A DNA stretch of 39,984 nucleotides from the IMG/VR virus record IMGVR_UViG_3300032318_000609, positions 1 to 39,984 of that record; one strand, written 5' to 3'. Each line of letters begins with the position of its first letter. The stretch's first letter is position 1. The position numbers and the translations under genes are program-made. Below, piece by piece: positions 35,779-39,984 of this stretch. Origin of the DNA: a virus (taxonomy: Duplodnaviria > Caudoviricetes). The notes beneath the pieces were generated by a model that was not told the origin of the DNA, made no database searches, and saw only the letters and a list, made by a program, of their open reading frames with translations.

Positions 35779-35823
35779 GATGGCTCTCCTTGTGTTTGGG
35801 TAAGCATTATTGCTCACCGTGTT

Positions 35824-35861
35824 GTGCACCAAACTGAGATAACTGTCTCAGTCTGGTGCAC
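35824..35861. repeat. Dyad motif copy 6 with extended arms (GTGCACCAAACTGAGA-TAACTG-TCTCAGTCTGGTGCAC)
   Basis: 16-bp arms with one mismatch. Confidence 0.85.
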
Positions 35862-35888
35862 TAGCGCTAAGCAACAACTACCAAACAC

Positions 35889-36044
35889 TCACTTGTTCGC
35901 ACAACAAGCATTAGTGCAAACGCTTGCGTCGTACCAACTTGTGTCTTCATGAGTACGCCGTGCGATAATGCGAACAACCGCACCATTGACTGGCTTACCT
36001 AATCGCTTGCAACTATCCAAATAGTTCTGCATAGCCTCACTCAT
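35889..36044 (-). CDS. Small Cys-containing first early protein (51 aa; not in ORF track)
   Basis: MSEAMQNYLDSCKRLGKPVNGAVVRIIARRTHEDTSWYDASVCTNACCANK; AGGTGAGG SD. Confidence 0.55.
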   Translation of the reverse strand: MSEAMQNYLDSCKRLGKPVNGAVVRIIARRTHEDTSWYDASVCTNACCANK

Positions 36045-36081
36045 AGCCTCACCTACCTTTATTGCTCAAGCACCGTTCTTA

Positions 36082-36148
36082 TCGGCGCACCATTGTTTCA
36101 CTAATAGCATGGGCGCATTATTGGTTCTACGCATTGGGCGCATTATTG
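36082..36148. repeat. Three 14-bp direct repeats T[G/C]GGCGCA[T/C][T/C]ATTG
   Basis: 36110-36123 and 36135-36148 identical; 36082-36095 is a variant. Confidence 0.75.
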
Positions 36149-36316
36149 CCCTGTATTCGTGCAGTTATGAAGTCACAAAGGGTAGGGAGGTAGGTGGCCC
36201 GTGCACCCGTCACTTCGATGGATGGATTCATGTCGTAGCCGTACAGACCAATTTCTAAAAGGGGGGCACCCATAGACAAAAAGGGTACCTTTTCCTTATA
36301 TTATAAGGCTTTTATC

Positions 36317-36715
36317 TTATTTTTTGTTACGTGCTACTTTTCCTGCTTGTTTTGCAGCAGGTGTGTTAGTTACAAATTGCTTACCCTGCTTGGATGCGCC
36401 TATCTTTTTGCGGTTAGTTGCAGCCTTTTGGGCTGGTGTTAGTTTGTCCCATGCTTTGTCTGGCAAGTAGCGTGTTGTGCCACCCTTGCGTTCGGCTGGT
36501 TTACCGTCTGAGGTACGCCATTTCTCTCCAGTCCACTTTGTGAGACTGGATTGGGCTGCTGTTTTAGCACCAGAGTAACCACCACCAGCCTTCTTGTACT
36601 CCAAGGCTAGTAGTTGTGCTTTCCGTGCTGACCATTGTCCGGGTTTGCCACCCTTGGAACCAGCCATAATTCTGTCTTTGATTCTTTCACGCTTGGCTGG
36701 ATTTGTGTATGCCAC
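36317..36715 (-). CDS. Highly basic phage protein (DUF5872-like); likely start GTG 36715
   Basis: GSKGGKPGQWSARKAQLLALEYKKAGGGY, RYLP motif; TAGTG overlap. Confidence 0.75.
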   Translation of the reverse strand: MAYTNPAKRERIKDRIMAGSKGGKPGQWSARKAQLLALEYKKAGGGYSGAKTAAQSSLTKWTGEKWRTSDGKPAERKGGTTRYLPDKAWDKLTPAQKAATNRKKIGASKQGKQFVTNTPAAKQAGKVARNKK

Positions 36716-36978
36716 TAGCAATCCCACTTTTTGAGTGCAAGGGCTTTGCGGGTTGGTCTACCTTTCGAGTCTTTCATCGGTCCGGGCATGCCACCCATTC
36801 GTGCACAAAAAGACTTGCGACGTGCAGCAGACTTAGGTGACTTCTTTGCTTGCTTGGCTGACACGGGTGGTTTAAGAGTGCCACCTGTTTGTGCCTTGTA
36901 AGATGCACGCCCCTTGGCGTTGAGACCGCCTGCGGGGTTCTTTCCTTCTTTACGTGTCCACGCTGCTGTCTTTGCCAT
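36715..36978 (-). CDS. Highly basic phage protein (DUF6321-like)
   Basis: EGKNPAGGLNAKGRAS...RRKSFCARM...LKKWDC; AAGGA SD. Confidence 0.75.
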   Translation of the reverse strand: MAKTAAWTRKEGKNPAGGLNAKGRASYKAQTGGTLKPPVSAKQAKKSPKSAARRKSFCARMGGMPGPMKDSKGRPTRKALALKKWDC

Positions 36979-37080
36979 GTGTGTTCCTTAACCTGTGTCT
37001 TCAGCCTACTCGGCAACCTTCGCTCTCAGGAGCGAGGTTGCACAGTTCTGTCCTTCCCCCCATCCCTACCCTTCCCCCCA

Positions 37081-37088
37081 TTCGTTAC
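37081..37088 (-). promoter_or_regulatory. GTAACGAA motif on the - strand (divergent late promoter)
   Basis: TTCGTTAC on the + strand; points toward the basic-protein genes. Confidence 0.5.
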
Positions 37089-37125
37089 ATAACTCTTAGT
37101 GGGTATGGAACCACTCACAGTGGTT

Positions 37126-37133
37126 GTAACGAA
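37126..37133 (+). promoter_or_regulatory. Putative late promoter motif GTAACGAA
   Basis: 22 nt before ATG 37148; no SD. Confidence 0.6.
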
Positions 37134-37147
37134 ACGGCTTATTACCA

Positions 37148-37582
37148 ATGAAACAGAACGAAGAACTCACGCTAACATCACAGCAACAGGAGTACCTAGA
37201 GTGGTTGTGTACAGCACCATCTGAGCGTGTACCCCCTTCAAAGGAAAAGATGTCCGCCCATCTCGGTGTCAATGTCACAACGCTTCGCCGTTGGGAAAAA
37301 AAAGAAGTCTTCGTCAGCCAGTGGAAAACGGCGGTGGACGAAGTTCAGGGGTCTCCTGAGCGCACTCAGAGACTCCTAGACACGTTGTATGCCAAGGCTC
37401 TTAATGGCGATACCAAATCTGCACAGTTGTACCTTCAGGCTACGAACCGTATGGCTCCGCCTACGGTAACGGTTCAGACTAATAAGAAAGCAGCAGAACT
37501 TTCTGATGCTGAGTTGGACTCTTTAATCGTTGCGGTAGCGGAACGTGAGAAGGCTCAACGTACACACTTGAAGGCATTGTGA
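37148..37582 (+). CDS. Terminase small subunit-like HTH protein
   Basis: LTSQQQEYLEWL...LGVNVTTLRRWEKK HTH; ALNGDTKSAQLYLQ oligomerisation motif; first late gene. Confidence 0.7.
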   Translation: MKQNEELTLTSQQQEYLEWLCTAPSERVPPSKEKMSAHLGVNVTTLRRWEKKEVFVSQWKTAVDEVQGSPERTQRLLDTLYAKALNGDTKSAQLYLQATNRMAPPTVTVQTNKKAAELSDAELDSLIVAVAEREKAQRTHLKAL

Positions 37583-37719
37583 CCTTGGTTGAATGTCCTG
37601 AGTGTGGCGAGGAGTATCCACCTGTGGCAACACATTGGATTTGTCCAGCGTGCGGGATTGATGACAGGGCACAGCCGAAGATGGCGGTGTTTGAGGTAAG
37701 GGATTATGGCGACAACTAA
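37579..37719 (+). CDS. Small CPxCG Zn-ribbon protein (46 aa; not in ORF track)
   Basis: MTLVECPECGEEYPPVATHWICPACGIDD...; GTGA overlap with TerS. Confidence 0.7.
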   Translation: MTLVECPECGEEYPPVATHWICPACGIDDRAQPKMAVFEVRDYGDN

Positions 37720-38023
37720 CGATGCGATGTTTACGGCCCTTTCGGGCTCGTATCCATCTGCCGGTCAGACCCTTGGTGACTTGCTGTATGCGTTCTGGTC
37801 CGAGAAGGGTTTGCAGTATCGTGGAACTTTGGAGTATGAGTTCTATGTGGCAAATGGTGCTACGGGCACAACTTTGGGTGATTTGGCAAATGATTACTTT
37901 TCACGGGTTTACCCATTGGAGTTTGATATACAGAACTTTGATTTCTCTGACCCTGATGAATGGTTGGAGTTAGAAGTGTTTGACCGTTACGACACGGTTG
38001 AACAAGATATTTTTATTAGTTAG
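37706..38023 (+). CDS. Hypothetical acidic protein, probably virion-associated
   Basis: TLGDL internal repeat; precedes the tail-fibre genes. Confidence 0.65.
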   Translation: MATTNDAMFTALSGSYPSAGQTLGDLLYAFWSEKGLQYRGTLEYEFYVANGATGTTLGDLANDYFSRVYPLEFDIQNFDFSDPDEWLELEVFDRYDTVEQDIFIS

Positions 38024-38031
38024 GTAACGAT
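38024..38031 (+). promoter_or_regulatory. Putative late promoter motif GTAACGAT
   Basis: Immediately after TAG; 22 nt before ATG 38046. Confidence 0.55.
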
Positions 38032-38045
38032 TCAGGAGAACATAT

Positions 38046-38420
38046 ATGGCAACATTTAGCAAAATAGCATTCCAAGCAACAACAATGACAACAGGCACTG
38101 GTCTGGGTGTTAAAGTTGCTGCTACGGCAACTGCAGGAACAACCATTCATACGGCGGCAAACGTTGCTACCACAATTGATGAAGTTTGGTTGTATGCGGT
38201 TAACTCATCTGCTTCAGATGTAAAATTGACGATTGAGTGGGGTGAAGCAACCGCACCAGATGGCAACATTGAATACACAGTTAAGGCAGAGAACGGTCTG
38301 TATTTGATTGTTCCGGGTCTTGTTTTGCAAGGCAACGCAACCCCAAAGGTTGTTAAGGCATTTGCTGCAACTGCAAACGTTATTGTGATTCACGGGTACG
38401 TTAACCGCATCACAGCGTAA
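38046..38420 (+). CDS. Tail-fibre-associated beta-sandwich protein
   Basis: Ala/Thr/Val-rich, DEVWLYAVN motif; next to the Gly-rich fibre gene. Confidence 0.55.
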   Translation: MATFSKIAFQATTMTTGTGLGVKVAATATAGTTIHTAANVATTIDEVWLYAVNSSASDVKLTIEWGEATAPDGNIEYTVKAENGLYLIVPGLVLQGNATPKVVKAFAATANVIVIHGYVNRITA

Positions 38421-38431
38421 GGTCATCTTAG

Positions 38432-39208
38432 ATGCCTTCCTTCATTAGAAACACATCAGGTGGTAAAGCCATTAGCGGTGGAGCGTTGGCTCCACGCTCA
38501 CGCCGTGGTAATGCGGTAGCACAGGTTGATTCTTATTGGCGTGGTGGTGCTACTGGTCCTGATGCTACTGGTGGTATTGGTGCGCCTGTGTCAACTGGTC
38601 TTGGATATAACTATCTACAGTTCAACTCAACAGGACCATTAACTGTAACTTCTGCTGGCATATTTGAATTCAAGTTCTTTGGTGGCGGCGGGGCAGGTTG
38701 GGGTGGTAACGGATACAACGCATTTGGTACAGGTGGCGCAAAAGGTGGAGAAGGTAACTTGACTGTTACTTTACCCGTTGGAACATATACGGTAAATGTT
38801 GGTTCTGGTTCAACAAACCCTGCAACTCCTCCAACGAACTATTACCCTGCTGGCTCAGGTGGTAACTCTTTCTTGACTGGATACACAGGAGCAGGTGAGG
38901 TTGGTACTGGCGGAAGCAATGGTGGAAACCCCGCAGGTAGAAGTGCGGCAGGTGCTACTGGAACACAGGTAAATACTTTCATTGGTGGGGCTTCTCTGTT
39001 TAAGGCTGCTGGCGGCGGCAACGCAGAAACAGGTGCAGGTGGCTCAGGAATTGGTGGTGCTGCAACAAACAACGGCACTGCTGGAACTGCTGCCGCAAAT
39101 ACTGCATCAGGTGGTGGTGGAGCAGGTGGCTCAGGTCTGCCTGATTTACATACTGGTACTGCTGGAAGTGGTGGCACAGGAATTGTTTATGTTAGGTGGT
39201 TGGGATAA
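38432..39208 (+). CDS. Glycine-rich tail fibre / receptor-binding protein
   Basis: GGGGAG, NTASGGGG, GSGGTGIVYVRW C-terminus typical of Gly-rich fibre domains. Confidence 0.75.
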   Translation: MPSFIRNTSGGKAISGGALAPRSRRGNAVAQVDSYWRGGATGPDATGGIGAPVSTGLGYNYLQFNSTGPLTVTSAGIFEFKFFGGGGAGWGGNGYNAFGTGGAKGGEGNLTVTLPVGTYTVNVGSGSTNPATPPTNYYPAGSGGNSFLTGYTGAGEVGTGGSNGGNPAGRSAAGATGTQVNTFIGGASLFKAAGGGNAETGAGGSGIGGAATNNGTAGTAAANTASGGGGAGGSGLPDLHTGTAGSGGTGIVYVRWLG

Positions 39209-39558
39209 TGGCATTGTTTGCTGAAATTAACGAAAACAATAAAGTAGTTCAAACTATTGTAATTTCAGATAATGATTGTGGTGGTGGAGTATTTCCAGAT
39301 TCCGAATCTATTGGTAAAGCGTTTATTGTTTCACTTGGTTTAGGTGAAAATTGGCTGCAATATAGTCCTGATAATCCATACCACAAAAATTGTAGTGTTG
39401 GTTCTTTTTATATAACGGATGGTAAGTTTTTTACATTACCTCAACCATATTTGTCTTGGACAATGGATGCAAATTATGAGTGGCAACCACCAGTTCCAAA
39501 ACCATCTGAAGATGGTTATTGGGAATGGAATGAAGCAGAACAGAAATGGCAACGATAA
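39208..39558 (+). CDS. Tail-fibre companion/assembly protein; likely start ATG 39208
   Basis: MALFAEINENNKVV, PQPYLSW...WQPPVPKP...W.WNE....W motifs; TAATG coupling. Confidence 0.7.
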   Translation: MALFAEINENNKVVQTIVISDNDCGGGVFPDSESIGKAFIVSLGLGENWLQYSPDNPYHKNCSVGSFYITDGKFFTLPQPYLSWTMDANYEWQPPVPKPSEDGYWEWNEAEQKWQR

Positions 39559-39984
39559 GTTTCGGAGCGTTTCCTAGGTCTGGTAGTCATTTTTTTACTG
39601 GTTTAACAAACTGCAAATGGATTGCTCATGCAATCCATCTTTTGGAAAAAGAACAAAACGTTGTTGTTTCTATTCGTAATCCATTTAAGTGTATTCCAAG
39701 TTGGATTGCAATAAGCGAAGACAGTTCAGAGAACAGAGCAGAAAAAGCACTTGAATGGTATTGTGCTTATTACGAGAAATGTAAAAAACTAGATATTCTT
39801 ATTTTACCTTTTGAGCAGTTGATTTCTGACCCATTGTTTTGTATTAACTATGTTTATAAAAAATATGGTTTAGAACCATTGCAGTCTTTGGATTATGATT
39901 TGTCAACTGATTTTCATTATCCAACTAAGGATAAATCTGGCTTTGAACAAATCATAGAAGAAATGTATTTAGCACCAAGTCTAA
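39546..39984 (+). CDS. Sulfotransferase-like P-loop protein (161 aa; ends at 170 across the junction; not in ORF track)
   Basis: FPRSGSHF (5'-PSB-like), IRNPFKCIPSW (3'-PB-like), FEQLISDP. Confidence 0.7.
   Translation, partial: MATISFGAFPRSGSHFFTGLTNCKWIAHAIHLLEKEQNVVVSIRNPFKCIPSWIAISEDSSENRAEKALEWYCAYYEKCKKLDILILPFEQLISDPLFCINYVYKKYGLEPLQSLDYDLSTDFHYPTKDKSGFEQIIEEMYLAPSL
39862..39984. repeat. Terminal direct repeat, right copy
   Basis: Identical to 1-123. Confidence 0.95.

Noticed and set aside
29384-35861. Dyad repeats as a CRISPR array
   Set aside because: Copies are 0.3-3.3 kb apart and separated by whole genes; there is no cas operon.
36062-36092. dif-like Xer site (- strand GGTGCGCCGATAA...)
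   Set aside because: One arm is XerC-like, but there is no TTATGT-type XerD arm after the 6-bp spacer.
38432-39208. Diversity-generating retroelement target in the fibre gene
   Set aside because: No reverse transcriptase and no template/variable repeat pair seen.
1-39984. Stop-codon reassignment or tRNA genes
   Set aside because: Genes tile densely under code 11 using TAA, TGA and TAG stops; no cloverleaf was recognised by eye, and tRNAscan-SE would be needed to confirm.

Overview
The window is an apparently complete, circularly assembled genome of about 39.86 kb. Bases 1-123 equal bases 39862-39984, and an ORF reads across the junction. It is a short-tailed (podovirus-like) dsDNA phage, most likely infecting Actinomycetota (WhiB gene, leaderless-style genes, Thr-rich surface protein). 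The + strand late arm (37148 through the junction to 24138) encodes TerS, tail-fibre genes, a sulfotransferase-like protein, a mucin-like membrane protein, holin-like proteins, TerL, portal, scaffold, major capsid, tail tube/nozzle, four putative ejection proteins (one of 2695 aa) and a Zn-peptidase endolysin. The - strand early/middle arm (about 36050 down to 23996) encodes small unknown proteins, a COOH-NH2 amidoligase plus class II glutamine amidotransferase pair, WhiB, an SLT-like transglycosylase, a Cas4/RecB-like nuclease, a probable SSB, a DnaB-like helicase, an AEP primase, RusA and a sigma-region-4-only protein. I saw no DNA polymerase, integrase, tRNA or CRISPR array. Two non-coding signals stand out. 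(1) A 22-bp 8-6-8 dyad (AA[C/G]TGAGA-N6-TCTCAGT[T/C]) occurs six times at early-gene junctions, usually followed by a long strand-specific RNA hairpin; two identical 23-bp copies bracket the amidoligase gene like a cassette. (2) A GTAACGA motif lies 21-23 nt upstream of late start codons, suggesting a phage-specific, largely leaderless promoter class. All product calls come from motif recognition by eye, not database searches.
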